From positions 18,602,001 through 18,666,000 of the forward strand of contig CM052832.1 of assembly GCA_028534125.1 (NCBI GenBank): DNA of 64,000 nucleotides, written 5' to 3'. The notes below the pieces were generated by a model that was not told where the DNA came from, did not search any database, and saw only the letters and a program-made list of their open reading frames with translations. Of the stretch, positions 40,536 to 53,081 are shown in pieces. Source of the DNA: Lama glama. Lineage: Eukaryota. Every line of letters starts with the position of its first letter. Position 1 is the first letter of the stretch. A program made the position numbers and the translations under genes.

Positions 40536-42178
40536 AGTTCGCCTAAGATGGCTTTGGAATGGGTTTGACTGTGGTCTGGCTGAGACCTTCTAGGGCTGCT
40601 CCTCTCAAGATAGTCTGTTCTTAATCGTAGTGCAGTAGTAGTCATCATGGCCATCATCATCATTAAAGTGGAAGTTACTATTTTTTGAGTATTTACTATG
40701 TGCCGGTCACAATGCTCACTTTTTAAAATTCTGATTTAATTTTATGATAACTCTAATAGCAAGGTGATCATTACCCCTGATTTCCAGATGAGGAAACTCA
40801 TCTGTGGATTAGGTCCAATAGCAGTTAGGTGGGATGGCTGGGGGGAGCCACCAATATTGCTTTCCTACTCATCTCTCCTCCCACTTGTAGGACAAGCGCA
40901 GTTCACAGCACATCTCTGCCCCCAAACTCTCTTTATGTCCCTGCTCCCTACCGCCCACTCCTTTCCTTACACCCTCTGTATTCAGGACTCTGCACCCAAA
41001 TCATCCCATCCCAAGACAGCTGCCTCATCAGCAAGAAGAGCCAACACAGTGGCTCCACTAGGCAAGGACTGGCCACTCTGCATCCGCAGCTCCCAGAGCC
41101 CAGAACCAGGGGCTGTGCTTAGAGCAGGTGGCAGAGCTGGGCACGCTGAGTTGTCTCAGTGCCCAGTTTTACTCTGGACATTTTCCATATGTGAAAGAAA
41201 AGCCAAGCCACTGCTTCCCAGCGCCACAGACTAGCCAGCAATGGTCCCTGTGCCAACGAAGGGGCAGGAGCCATGGCGCCTGGGGTGCTCCACCAGTATG
41301 GTGCTGTCCTTCCTGCTTGCTTTCCTGTTCGCTTCATCACCAGGGACTGTGGGTCTGAAAAGTCAGGAGGAGACACTATATGCACTGCACTTTATTTTTT
41401 TTTAAGAGCTGGTTATGTATTTGTAACATTTTCTCCAGATCTTCATAAAAAGCACTTTTTGAAACAATCTAGGCTGAACAGCTTTGGCACCAACCCACCC
41501 ACCCCAGCTGTTTGGACTTGATCACAAAGAGGAATGAGGCTGAGGCTTGGTGGGAGATGGAAAAGAAATGAAAGACTGGCTTCCTCTGATTGCCACTTGC
41601 ATGTGTTAAAGGGACCAGCCACTTCCTTGACTTTTCTTGGGGAAGGAGTTGTAATAATCTGTGCCCCTTCTGTGCGTGTGATTGACATTAAGGCTACAGT
41701 CAGTGCTTTTACCAGATTGGCTGCTCTGGGTCCCTGTGGCTCCTGACTGTAATGAAATAACCCCTCTTCTGGAGTGGGGCCCTGCTCCCTCTGCCTCTCC
41801 CCTGTGTGATCTTGCTGCAGAGGGAACGCTGGAGGATCCTGGGCTCTGCTCACTTAGAGGTACAGTTAATGTCAGACAAGAAGGGGCTTTTTTTTTTTTC
41901 TGGCAACAGATAGGGTGCCCTATTCATATCAGTGTAGTGGGGCAAACTTGGGGACTTACACACCCATGCACTTTCCCATCACTCCCAGTGCTTCATCCCC
42001 TGCCTCCCAGAGCTCCAGACTGGAAGTCAGGAGATGGGCTCTTCCCCTTGGTAGGATAGCTTAGTGCTTAAGACTGAGTGTTTTTAGCGATAGACTGGAT
42101 CACAAACTGTGTGACCTTGAGTAAGTTACTCAACTTCTCTGTGCCTTAAATTCTTCATTTTCAAATGGGGATGATAAT

Positions 42179-42678
42179 NNNNNNNNNNNNNNNNNNNNNN
42201 NNNNNNNNNNNNNNNNNNNNNNNNNNNNNNNNNNNNNNNNNNNNNNNNNNNNNNNNNNNNNNNNNNNNNNNNNNNNNNNNNNNNNNNNNNNNNNNNNNNN
42301 NNNNNNNNNNNNNNNNNNNNNNNNNNNNNNNNNNNNNNNNNNNNNNNNNNNNNNNNNNNNNNNNNNNNNNNNNNNNNNNNNNNNNNNNNNNNNNNNNNNN
42401 NNNNNNNNNNNNNNNNNNNNNNNNNNNNNNNNNNNNNNNNNNNNNNNNNNNNNNNNNNNNNNNNNNNNNNNNNNNNNNNNNNNNNNNNNNNNNNNNNNNN
42501 NNNNNNNNNNNNNNNNNNNNNNNNNNNNNNNNNNNNNNNNNNNNNNNNNNNNNNNNNNNNNNNNNNNNNNNNNNNNNNNNNNNNNNNNNNNNNNNNNNNN
42601 NNNNNNNNNNNNNNNNNNNNNNNNNNNNNNNNNNNNNNNNNNNNNNNNNNNNNNNNNNNNNNNNNNNNNNNNNNNNNN
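42179..42678. other. Assembly gap (500 N)
   Basis: Exactly 500 N, a placeholder size. Confidence 1.
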
Positions 42679-43547
42679 CCAACTGCCCTTTTATTTTTAA
42701 TCCTTCCACAGTCCAACCACTTCGGACAAGAAGAGCATTCCTACTGACCGCTACCACCCCTCCGCTCTTCCCCATTTCTCTCCAACAAAATTCTTTCAGG
42801 CATTTTTAAAGCTTCCTTATACATAAAGACACAGTCAGCAGTTGCAGAAAGAGGGGAAAATGAGGGTAGGAATGGGGGAGGAACTGTGCGGTATGAGCAG
42901 GGCTGTCAGGGACACCTGCTAGCTCAAGTCACTGTCACCTGGCACCACCACAGTTTCTTTTCTACACCAAGAACTCCAAAGGCTGTGACTGTAATACAAA
43001 CCCTGTATTTACCCATTAAACCCATGGGAAATAACTACAGGTGTCAGCCATCTTTCATGGCTTTCATTTCTGCTTGACAAAAGTGGCTCATCAGCTTTGG
43101 TCAAAACCCTACCTTCTTTTCTTTACAGCCAATAGGTAAGTGAAGCTTGGACTCATCAAATAAATTTGCAGAATGGAAGTGAGAAAGCAGGCTGTCTTAT
43201 TTTTCATTTGATTCCCAATTAACAAAGAAAGTACTCAGAAACACTCTCTATTAACTTTAACCCAAGACCGCCATTAATCACAGAAAACAGACCAAGGTAG
43301 GAAGATGTCAGCATGAGATCAAAGAATTCTAAAGCATCAAACAAGTCTAAAACCAAACCAAACCATACTGAGGGCTATCTGGACAGGGGTGATGATGGCT
43401 CTAGAATTTCTTTATAGGTGGGGCTTAGAGATGGCAGGTACATTACACTTTATGAAGGACAGAACCCCAAAGGCAACTGTGCATTGGACAGAAGGGGAGA
43501 AGTGGGTGGAAGAAATAGTGGGGTGCTAAATTCACCCCAAAGACGCC

Positions 43548-43693
43548 TCACCTCCACTGATAATAACATTTGATCTCATTCTGGGAGATGGCTTTCAAGT
43601 CCCGGGATTTTCTTGCTCTGCTCCCAGCCCAGGAACTTGGAAGGGATGAACTGGTGTGATGATGCTCTGCGATCATCCACGCAGGTGATACTT
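43548..43693 (-). CDS. Candidate alternative CARMIL1 exon (EVSPAWMIAEHHH...KCYYQWR*)
   Basis: Pyrimidine tract plus CAG/AAG tandem acceptor, in frame with the preceding exon, open to TGA; a GTGAGG donor overlaps the stop. Confidence 0.35.
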
Positions 43694-44174
43694 CTGAGAA
43701 TAAGGAACGTCTGACCTCACGGCCAAGCAAACTAATGAGACACAAGGTCTCTTTTCATGAGCCACTCATGAACCAAAACTATGGTAACTGACAACCAGCC
43801 AAAGCTCCTCCTAGAAATAATGGGACCTAGAAACCTACAGGTAGCACCAAATAAGCCACAAAACAATGTGTGAGGTGCTCCTAACCCACTGGGAGTCAGT
43901 TCAGGAGCATCTAGAGATTCGTATCACAAAGGCCTTTGGGCGGAGTATTTGTTGTGCTTTTCATTCCTTGTATGTGGTCCTTCTTTAAGACCCAGTGTCA
44001 CCAACAATGTTGAATCCAGTTTCTCAGTGAAGAACTGCTCTGGTTCCAAAATTTAATCCAAGGGATGCTGACTTACAGATGCTAAGATATAAGTTGAGCC
44101 CAGGATTAATTCCTTTCTCTTGAAATGACTCTCCCTGGGGAGAGGAGAGCTAACCCAGAGAAAACATTTCTTAC

Positions 44175-44315
44175 CTTCCCGGGAAAATGTCCTGGGGCTG
44201 GGCTGCGGGCTACTCTGGCCATCTTTCTCCTTGTCCGAGGGAACTTTTTTCAGGACAGGTGGAAGAAGAGCAACTTTAGGGGACCCCGGGCTTGATGGCG
44301 AGTCTGGGATGTCCT
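44175..44315 (-). CDS. CARMIL1: CARMIL1 penultimate coding exon (EDIPDSPSSPGSPKVALLPPVLKKVPSDKEKDGQSSPQPSPRTFSRE)
   Basis: 141 nt, CAG/GTAAGA boundaries, phase 1-1. Confidence 0.95.
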
Positions 44316-45439
44316 CTGTGGAGACACAAAGACATGAATCAAGCTGTTCCACAAACTGGATTGCTAAAGCATCAGCTGGGTTAATCTCTAAATACAAATG
44401 ACTAATACATTTCTAAAAAGCATCATAGAATTTTTCTGGCCAAAAACTAGTTTCACAGCTCAGTGGAGTAACAATAGAGAGAAAAAGAGTGAAAACGAAA
44501 CGTTAAAATCTGCAGCTGTGAAATCTGTCTTGCAGACAGAATTTCCATGAGTTGATATTTGAAAACTAGACTGCATGTGAACTCCGTGCTCCTTCGGCCT
44601 CAAAAAGCTGTTTGCTTTTCTTAAAATATGCAATAGTAGTTATAACGTACTGCCTTTACCTGTTGTCACATCCAGTAACGTGGTCACAACACGTACGCAA
44701 TATATATTTGTGTGTGCAGGGGTGTAAGTGTGTGTACCTACACACACACACACACAGACTGAGATCAGTAAGAATGACTTAGAATCCTGGACTTTTAGAA
44801 CCAGAAAGGACCGTGGGGATCACTGTGCAAATGAAGAGATTAAATGACCTGCTAAGCTAGAAAGACGGCCAGATAGCAAGGACTAGAACTCTAGTCTTTT
44901 CATTCTAAAGCCTGTCCTGTTTCACTCTAATTGGAAGGATTAACTGAATTACACTCCTTTATCTGCTCTGTTACCAGCAAGCTAATTCTCAATTTGGAAT
45001 GGGTGTGTGTGTGTGCAGAAGGCAACCTCCAGCCAGGTCCTCTTTAGCCTTACACTTCAGGTCTCCTGCATGTGACTGTAGAAGCAGGGATGTGACAAGA
45101 CACTGTGAAAGTAGCACTACTTGCCGTGACAATCTCTCCCAGCTGCAGAGAGGAGGGGAAAGGGTGTACTTGCAAATACCTGCTGAATCCTCCAGCTCTA
45201 TAAAAACATGAGCCTGTTAACATAATTCTCAAGACACTAAGTACTAAGACTTCAATGAACACATTTAGCAAATCAACTGAAAGAAAAGCTTCTTGCCACA
45301 GAACGTTGGGAATCCAGCTAGTTTTCAGCATTAACAACTGGGGAACCAAAATACTCTACAAACTGGATTGACTTGATCAGAGCTGTTTCCTTACTTCAGA
45401 CTAGAGACATGCCAGCTGACAAAAATGCCAGCCTGCTTT

Positions 45440-45580
45440 ATTTGGGGCGGCTGGGGGGTAGTTAGGAGTTAGGTCAGTAGGTTTATTTATGTATTTATTT
45501 TAACGGAGGTACTGGGGATTGAACCCAGGACCTTGTGTACGCTAAGCACATACTCTACCACTGAGATATACCTTCCCCCA
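45440..45580 (-). mobile_element. tRNA-derived SINE (Vic-1-like)
   Basis: Same body as the other copies; TSD GCCTGCTTT. Confidence 0.9.
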
Positions 45581-45728
45581 CCGCCTGCTTTTGAGTAGTC
45601 TTTTTTTTTTTTTTTAACTTTTAAAAGTATTTTTTGGCCTCCTTTCTCCCCACTCTGCCCAGTAGGAAGCTATTTTGTGTGCCCCTCAGTCACAGTGTCA
45701 TGACAGCCCTGACCAGCAAAACCCTTAC

Positions 45729-45932
45729 CAGGCCGTGAGGCGGTTCTTGGTTTCTGCGGGATGGTGGGCCGCACCGGCAGGCTGGGTTTGGGGGACTGCA
45801 CGAGGGGCTTCGGGCTGGCGGGTCTGCTGGAAAAGCTCCGAGTCCGGGGGCCCGCCTCCACTTTGAGCTCTGCTTTGGCATTCTTTTCTGGCATCCCCAA
45901 ACCAAAGCGGTTCTCTGGGTGCAGTTTGGGCA
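45729..45932 (-). CDS. CARMIL1: CARMIL1 proline-rich exon (VPKLHPENRFGLG...PQKPRTASRP)
   Basis: 204 nt, TAG/GTAAGG boundaries, phase 1-1. Confidence 0.95.
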
Positions 45933-46069
45933 CTAGAATGAAAATGGGTACAAAAAAGCTCACTCTGCTTTAAAAATCAAAGGTAAGAGAGACTGATCAT
46001 ATGAGAGACTGCTATAATCATTTCGTGGCATTTCTCATCACAGATATTTTCTTTCTTTTTTCTCCTTTC

Positions 46070-46330
46070 CTTCTTTCCGTTGAAGTCTAGCTGACTTACA
46101 AAATTACATTAGTTTCACGTGTGCAACATAGTGATTCAATATTTTTATAGATTAGACTCCATGTTACATTATTATAAAATATTGGCTATAGTCCCTGCAC
46201 TGTACAGTACATCTTTGTATCTTACTTATTTTATACCCAGCAGTCTGTTCCTCTTAATCCCCTTCCCCAATCTTGCCCCTCCTCCCACCTCTCTCCCCAC
46301 TGGTGACCACTAGTTTGTTCTCTCGATCTG
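46070..46330 (-). mobile_element. LINE-1 3' end fragment
   Basis: TTGAAGTCTAGCTGACTTACAA...CTGGTGACCACTAGTTTGTTCTC antisense L1 3' UTR. Confidence 0.75.
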
Positions 46331-47074
46331 TCATCAAAAATAATTTAGAGCAGGAACATGCCATCCTAGCCTGTTTTTAGAATCAGAACATGCTGGTGGA
46401 AGACTTAAATTCTTGGTGGAAAAGCAGTGACCTTGATGGTGCTCTTTTGATCACCCTTGACTATTCCACAGATAACAAGCCTCATATTTAATATTAAGTG
46501 TACATGTGCCTTCAGATGCACAGGGAGAAGAGCCCATCTTAGTGCATTTGAAGCTGTCAGATCTTCCTTAGATATGACACAAGGTACAGGTATAACCAAC
46601 TGCAGGCGCCTCAGTTCTGGGTGACAGTCGGTTCAGGGTCATCCGTTCGGGGCGGGCTGCAGGTCCTGGGTGAGGGAGGCTGGGCTCATGCCCATAACCT
46701 CATGCTTAGTGAGAACGGCTCCAGGAATGTCATCTCATGCCCGCCTCCATCCCTTTGGCTGCCTTAATTATTCAGACAACAGGCAAAAATAAGCCAGTTG
46801 AATATGAGTGATATTCCAACTCTCACTATAGGAAGATGCTAAAGCTAAACACAAGAAATCAAACTGCAAAATAAGGTTTCAAATGTGCCATTTAGAAGTG
46901 ACCCTCCAGTTTCTATCTAAGGGATCTTATTCTCTTCCTACTCCTAAAAAGTCAGAGGGACAAAGGAAATTGGATATTCACAGATAGTCAAGTTAAAAGG
47001 AAAGAGCATCCTCTTATGTCAATTAAAAGGGTCTCCTCCCACATACCATGTGGGGCTTATTTTTTTAAAAACCT

Positions 47075-47365
47075 CAGCAAAATAGAAATAGACTCATAGA
47101 TGCAGAGAACAAGCAGGTGGTTACCAGAGGGGAAGGAGGGCAAGGGAGATTAAGTACAAACTTCCAGGAGCAAAATACATGCGTCATGGGGATGAAATGT
47201 ACAGCCTGAGGAATATAGTCAGTAATATCATAATATCTGTCTATGGTGACAGATGGTAACTAGACTTATTGTGGCAATCATCTTGTATAGAAATATCAAG
47301 TCACTATGGTGTGCACCTGGAACTAACACAGTGGTATAGTTCCATTATACTTCAATAATCAATAA
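47075..47365 (+). mobile_element. LINE-1 3' end fragment
   Basis: GTGGTTACCAGAGGGGAAG...ATTATACTTCAATAA sense L1 3' UTR. Confidence 0.75.
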
Positions 47366-47703
47366 ACTAAATTAAGCTAAGTCATCAGTCATATGCCCTT
47401 CTCCTCCCCCTGTCTCCCCAGAAGCCCACAGTTTAGGAGTTATTCTCAGTGAAATTTCTCCCCTTTGGGAAATGGGAAGAGGTGCCCAGTCCAGGTGCTA
47501 GGGTATCATGGTGGAAGATGTGCCCCCAGGTGGAGCTGGGGCAGGTGCAGGGATGTGTTCTTTTAGGTGAAAGCTGAGAACATGTAACATAGAGGCCCAT
47601 TCTTGCCTCCCAATCTTTAATTTCCTTCTGCCTATCACAGGTGACTCTGAGAACCAGAATCAAATGTTTTTCCTAAGGGGATGCTGGCAATGACTGGACT
47701 TAC

Positions 47704-47785
47704 CTGCCCCACCTCCATCCAGCCGTTCTGTGCTGCTCAAGGCCAGGTTGCAAGAATCCTGGGAGACAGCATCATTCCCAAGTTT
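47704..47785 (-). CDS. CARMIL1: CARMIL1 exon (KLGNDAVSQDSCNLALSSTERLDGGGA)
   Basis: 82 nt, TAG/GTAAGT boundaries, in frame. Confidence 0.94.
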
Positions 47786-49103
47786 CTAAAAAATTCAAGC
47801 ACCCCACCCCCAAAGTGCATAGTTATTTTAAGTGTAAGAAAAAGAACAAAGATAATAAATGACAACAAATAATGGCTCCTTAACTCTACTGCCATTGCAC
47901 TGACTGTATCTGACCTCTCCATCTCCCCGAGCCCCTGCTGCTGGGACAAAGCTATGAGAAATGCATTCTGTTCTGTGTTTACAGTCAGGGCTCTGGGTCC
48001 AAAGTGCGGCCAGTTCTGCAGGATACCCACCATGGACGAGAGGTGCGGGGTCAAGGGAAGCCAGCGGGCTTGGTAACGTTGCCTGCCTTTCCTGTTGAAC
48101 ACCTGTGTGGGCTCTGCAGCCCCTGGTGCCCCACGTGATGGGGGCACTGGTACTCTTACATTTCCAGGACCCTCTCCAGGTTGGGTTCCAACCATCTAAA
48201 AGCAGTAGAAACCTTGCCGACCTCAAGGGTACAAAGACAAGTAGACAGGGACCTGAAATGAGCGGGATGTCCCTTGCAACTGAGGCAGAAGCACAAGACA
48301 CAGATCTATTGCTGAGAAGGCAAATATAGACAGATAGGTCTGAATTAATTTTTTAAAATTCTGCAGGTGGGAGGAGTCTGATGGCAAAGACAAGGAAGGT
48401 TAAATGCTACTGTCTTAGGGGAGGAGCTGGAACTGATGAATCAGGGAAGCAGCCTCTGCTTTATGATGCAAAAGTCTGCACAAGAGCAAGACATTTAGAT
48501 ACAAAAAAAGATACAAAAAGAACAGTCCAGTATTTGCATAATAATACCTAAGAATCCTATTGGGGGAGATGATCCACATCTCCCTCCTGCCTAAAATATG
48601 AAACTGAGGTGGGCAGGTAGACCAGGAAGCACGGTGGTTACTAATAACAGTCTGAGCTTCAGCCTGTCCGTTCCTGCTCAACTCATGCTTCTGATAAACT
48701 TAAAAAAAAATATCTGCTGCCAGTTCTGAGCTTGAAATTGTTCTGGATGGCATAGGAGGGGTTATTTTAAACACAGTTGAGACGGAACTCATTTACCAGT
48801 CTGCCACAGCCACACGTTTACCACAATGTGGCCGGCTGTCTCGAGAGGGAGAGGGAACACAGTAGGGATGCTGAGCAATTTCTCAGTAAGACTATACAAG
48901 CTCCCCTTTTGCTAGAGGGGACTAAGCAGGTCTCAGAAGTGGGTACATAGATACTGCAGTGGAATGGGCACATTATTTGACATCATTGTGTAAAAGTGAC
49001 CCCAAGGAAATGAAGCCCCGTGCCAAGGGCTGCATGTGGAGCCCTCTGAGCCTTGAACAAGTGTCTACAGGGCCAGGGACTGGCCAGGAACTGCCAGCCC
49101 AAA

Positions 49104-49118
49104 CCAGCAGGGGGCGCT
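49104..49118 (+). promoter_or_regulatory. CTCF motif
   Basis: CCAGCAGGGGGCGCT, matches the core consensus. Confidence 0.65.
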
Positions 49119-49546
49119 TTAGCCCCCAAGCTCCAGCTGTCCAGAGGCTGGGCCAACTGGTGCTCAAATGCATGGTGCCTGACCTAGCCTTTTACAGCTT
49201 CTTAGGAGGCAGGGGCATGCGTATCCGAGTTCAAACAAAAACGATGGAGTATTTATAAACAGGGTCAGGGTGAAGGTGAGTTAAGCAAGGCACTCGGCAC
49301 AGATTTAAAGAGAAATTCCCTTTAGGCTCATGCAAGTGCAGGGCTGGCTTCTGAGAGTAAGGGCCTTCTTAAATTTTATACCCTGGGCACCTCACTTGCC
49401 TACATTTAAAATATAATACTATACTGGAATTTGAGACAACATTGTAAAATGATTATAAATCAGTAAAAAATGTTATATATATATATTTTATAATATAAAT
49501 ATATTTAATATATATTTAAATAAATATAAATATAATATGAATACAT

Positions 49547-49591
<45 letters not shown>

Positions 49592-49602
49592 CAATCAATC
49601 CT

Positions 49603-49697
49603 GAGGGGAGAGTATAGCTCAGTGGTAGAGCTCATGCTTAGCAGGCACAGGTCCTGGGTTCAATCCCCAGTACCTCCATCAAAAAATAATAATAAAA
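49603..49697 (+). mobile_element. tRNA-derived SINE (short form) after an AT-rich/(TAAA)n tract
   Basis: GTATAGCTCAGTGGTAGAG...GGTTCAATCCCCAG plus A-rich tail. Confidence 0.88.
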
Positions 49698-50231
49698 TGT
49701 AATCCTAAGAGTTGTTTTCACTTTTTCCTTCCAGGCTTTCTGAGGTAGTTATAAATTCCAAAATGACTGTGCAGAATGAGGATGAAATAACCTAACGTCA
49801 GTTTTCTCTGAGCACAGGCAGCTGATGAAGTGGGCCCAGAAGGAAAAGATACGGCCGCTAAGCTTTCAACACCTGTTAGTTACTCTCCTTTGTTAATAAA
49901 TAATAAATGCCATGCTTACATTTTTCACAGTTGTTTTTCTTTAAATGCATTAATAGAAGTGAATTGTATAAAGAGAATTATTCCAGAGGAAAGTGAAGGC
50001 AACATGTATTATTTTTTTTATCAATTCCCCCCCCAAATTAAAAAAAAATAGCATATTGACTTTTGATGCTATGTCTCTAACTTTATAGAGAATACAGTCA
50101 TGGAATTTTAGGGGGGAAATATTCTAAAAATAATTTTTGAAAAACTTTCTCATTTTATTATTCTGATAGAACAGCTATGACTAGTTCAAAATACTAAATA
50201 TTAAGGCTTTTATTACTATTATTTTAAATAG

Positions 50232-50247
50232 ACACTAGATGGCGCTA
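50232..50247 (+). promoter_or_regulatory. CTCF motif
   Basis: ACACTAGATGGCGCTA, near-consensus, CpG retained in an AT-rich context. Confidence 0.6.
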
Positions 50248-51684
50248 AAAGATTACTAGTATAAGTCTCGAACCACTAAAACTAAACCATAAGAATTTTG
50301 TCACTTTGAGCCAATTTATTTCTCAGATCCAAAGCACATGCAAAAAACCCTCCAGCGCTTCTCATCCTTCTACCAAAAGGCAGCTATTCATCAATGGAAA
50401 CAGTGATAAAATAAACAGCTCATTAGTGAAAACAGCACATTCCTTGTTGAAAAGAAATTCTATCAAACAGATTAAAATTTAAACATTTCCTTGGGCAGCT
50501 GCCTCACCAATGATGTGGTCACAGTATTTACTCAGAATTGTAACCATCAAAGGGCACATCGTGCATCCCTTGTTGAATTAGCAGAATTAGGTCCCCTCAA
50601 CTCGCCTCTAAGGGTTAATGAGTGAGTTAGGAGGAACCTGTAACTAGGTAACAACAGTGCTGGTGGAAGAACTATGGTGAACAGTTGTAAAACGATGTGG
50701 GTTGCAGGATTTAGTGAAAAAATAATCATTTGAAGTAAAACAGCCCTCCCTGTGCTGGTATGTAGTTTACCATTCACTTTCTGAAAATCAAGGGCTCCTT
50801 GGGATGAACTATTTTACTCTGATACTTCAAATAGGATAAATTTGCCATCTCCCTTTCATTGAAGAACCCAGTTTTGCAAACAAAAGACCTCAGGATACCG
50901 TGCAGTAAACCAAAACCCAGGTTAAACGTGAATATATTAATCTTAGTGATCACAATAAGGATACAATCCTTAAGTAGCCGCAGGAGAAAATCGAGGTTAA
51001 AAGGGAATAAAAAAACACAACTTACATTTTTAAAAGAGGTTCAAAAAAATAAGTAATAGATTAAGTCAGATTTTAGGGAGACTCAGCAATTTTTAAACGA
51101 TAAAGTTCCTCATAGCAACAGACAACATCTCTCAATGATCCAAGTATTTGATTAATTCTAATGGAATAGGTTGCCTTGTTTTTTCTTTTGACTTTTAAAT
51201 CTAGAATATAGCAAGGAACTTTTAGGTCTGGAAAAGAACATAGATTCTGAAATAACTGAAAAATCGGTCTCCCTTGATACCATCAGAATCTGTTTTTTTT
51301 TTTAGGGGGGGGGCCTCTGTCAGCTTTCCTATCTCCATCCACCCTCAGGTCTCCATTTGGATTTGACAGACTCAGTCCTTCCCTGAAATGGAGCATTTCC
51401 CTGGCACAGCTATCACCTATTTCTGTGATGCACAGGGGCATCTGTGCAGGTGGGACAAGGCCTGTGGACCCCCAGCCACCTTCACAGGCTATGGCTCCAG
51501 CAGAGGATGACCCTAGTGCCAGATGGAAGACACAGCCCTGCCCTTGTGGTTCTGCAGGAGCCTTCTGTTTGGGGATTTTTATTTAAGCCACGGGCTGTTT
51601 TTCTGTACCTCTCTGGCCCATAAAGACCGAGTGGAGGTGAACACGTAGAAGGCAACCGAGTCAAAGCAGAGCCTCCTTCCTTAC

Positions 51685-52111
51685 CTTCAGCGAGCAAGCG
51701 GCTCTCCTCTCCTGCTTGGCTTTCATCTCCGCCAGCAGACCGCCGCCCATCATCTGGACCCCGTACCTTCGCCCGGCCTGGGGGCTGCCCTTGCTGTCGC
51801 TTCGGTCCACCTTCCCCACATCCTCCCCTTGACATTCTTCTAAGGAGTCGGGTGTTCGGATCTCCTCTGTCCGATCAGCGTTGTCGTTGTGCTCGGCTGG
51901 CTTCGTGTCCTTCCGAGGTGAGTCCACGGCTGGACCCCTGACACCTGCCTTTGGTGGGGAGAGCTCTTCCGCCATCAAGCCTGATGGTAACCGCTCAGGT
52001 TTGGACCGGGGTTTGATTAGATTGAGGAAGCCACTTTTCCGAAAGTCTCGCTTTTTCTTCTCGTCTCCTTCGCTGAGCTCGTGGGACTCTGAGCCTCTCC
52101 CTGACCATCTC
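51685..52111 (-). CDS. CARMIL1: CARMIL1 exon (RWSGRGSESHE...GGGLLAEMKAKQERRAACSLK)
   Basis: 427 nt, CAG/GTAAGG boundaries, phases consistent; includes the basic-hydrophobic segment KKKRDFRKSGFLNLIK. Confidence 0.96.
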
Positions 52112-52179
52112 CTGTGAGGCAGAAGAACACATCCTGTTGGGTTTACTGTGATTAATTTCCCCCAAGAATCAGCCCAAGG

Positions 52180-52304
52180 AGGGGGAGGGTATAGCTCAGT
52201 TGTAGAGTGCGTGCCTAGCTTGCATGACATCCTGGGTTCAATCCCCAGTACCTCCATTAAAAATAAGTAAACAAACCTGACTACCCCCCTCAATACACAC
52301 ACAA
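52180..52304 (+). mobile_element. tRNA-derived SINE (Vic-1-like)
   Basis: A and B boxes; degenerate TSD AAGAATCAG(CC/T)CAAGG. Confidence 0.9.
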
Positions 52305-52978
52305 AAGAATCAGTCAAGGGAGATTGCTGTTTCTGCAGCAACCATGCTGAAGCATTTTAAAAAGCTGACTTCAGAAACAAAGGAAAGTTGAGTAGGATCG
52401 TGGAATCCACAGGTAAGGAAACTCAGGCACACCCAGATTCAGAATGAACACCTGAAGGAGTCAGTGGGAGAACTGCGAGCAGAGGTGAGTTGTATGTTTA
52501 AATGCCCGAGTCCAGGGCCTCTCCACTTGTAAGAACTTCCAGAAAAGCTGGTGCCACTCAAGACATAGGTGGGCGACTGCCTTATTTAATTTGGCAGGCC
52601 CTGGAAAGGGCCGCATTTCCCCTTAAACCCCTAAAAACCTGCCATCATCATTCAGTATCATCTGAAATCTCATCCTGGTGTGATCAACCCACACCAGGAT
52701 CTGGATCCTAGCTGAAACGTACTACCACTGGAAGAGGCAACAACATGGACAGACGGAAAGGGAGCTTTGGCAGATGATTGTCAGAATATTCTGAATATTC
52801 TGAAACTTGGGAAATGGATAGGGAGAAAGTGTAAACGATGTGAGCTGAGTGGGTGGTATCATCACTGCCTTCCACTTAGAGCTGGCACAGTGAATATCAG
52901 TTTAAGTCCCCTGAGTCCACAGGGAAAGGCACAGCAAGGGATTTAAAAAAAAAAAAAAAGCCCAGGAGGGGAGAAAAA

Positions 52979-52979
<1 letters not shown>

Positions 52980-53045
<66 letters not shown>

Positions 53046-53064
53046 TAACAATAATAATAATAAT
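52980..53064. repeat. (AAT)n microsatellite
   Basis: About 20 perfect units followed by AAC-interrupted units. Confidence 0.98.
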
Positions 53065-53081
53065 TAGTTTGGAAGCGAAAA

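Noticed and set aside
42126..42809. Long ORFs of about 200 aa (also 59513..60086)
   Set aside because: Artefacts of translation through N gaps
47737..48301. Overlapping 152-aa and 157-aa ORFs; similar cluster at 40764..42059
   Set aside because: No recognisable protein similarity or splice structure; expected by chance in GC-richer sequence
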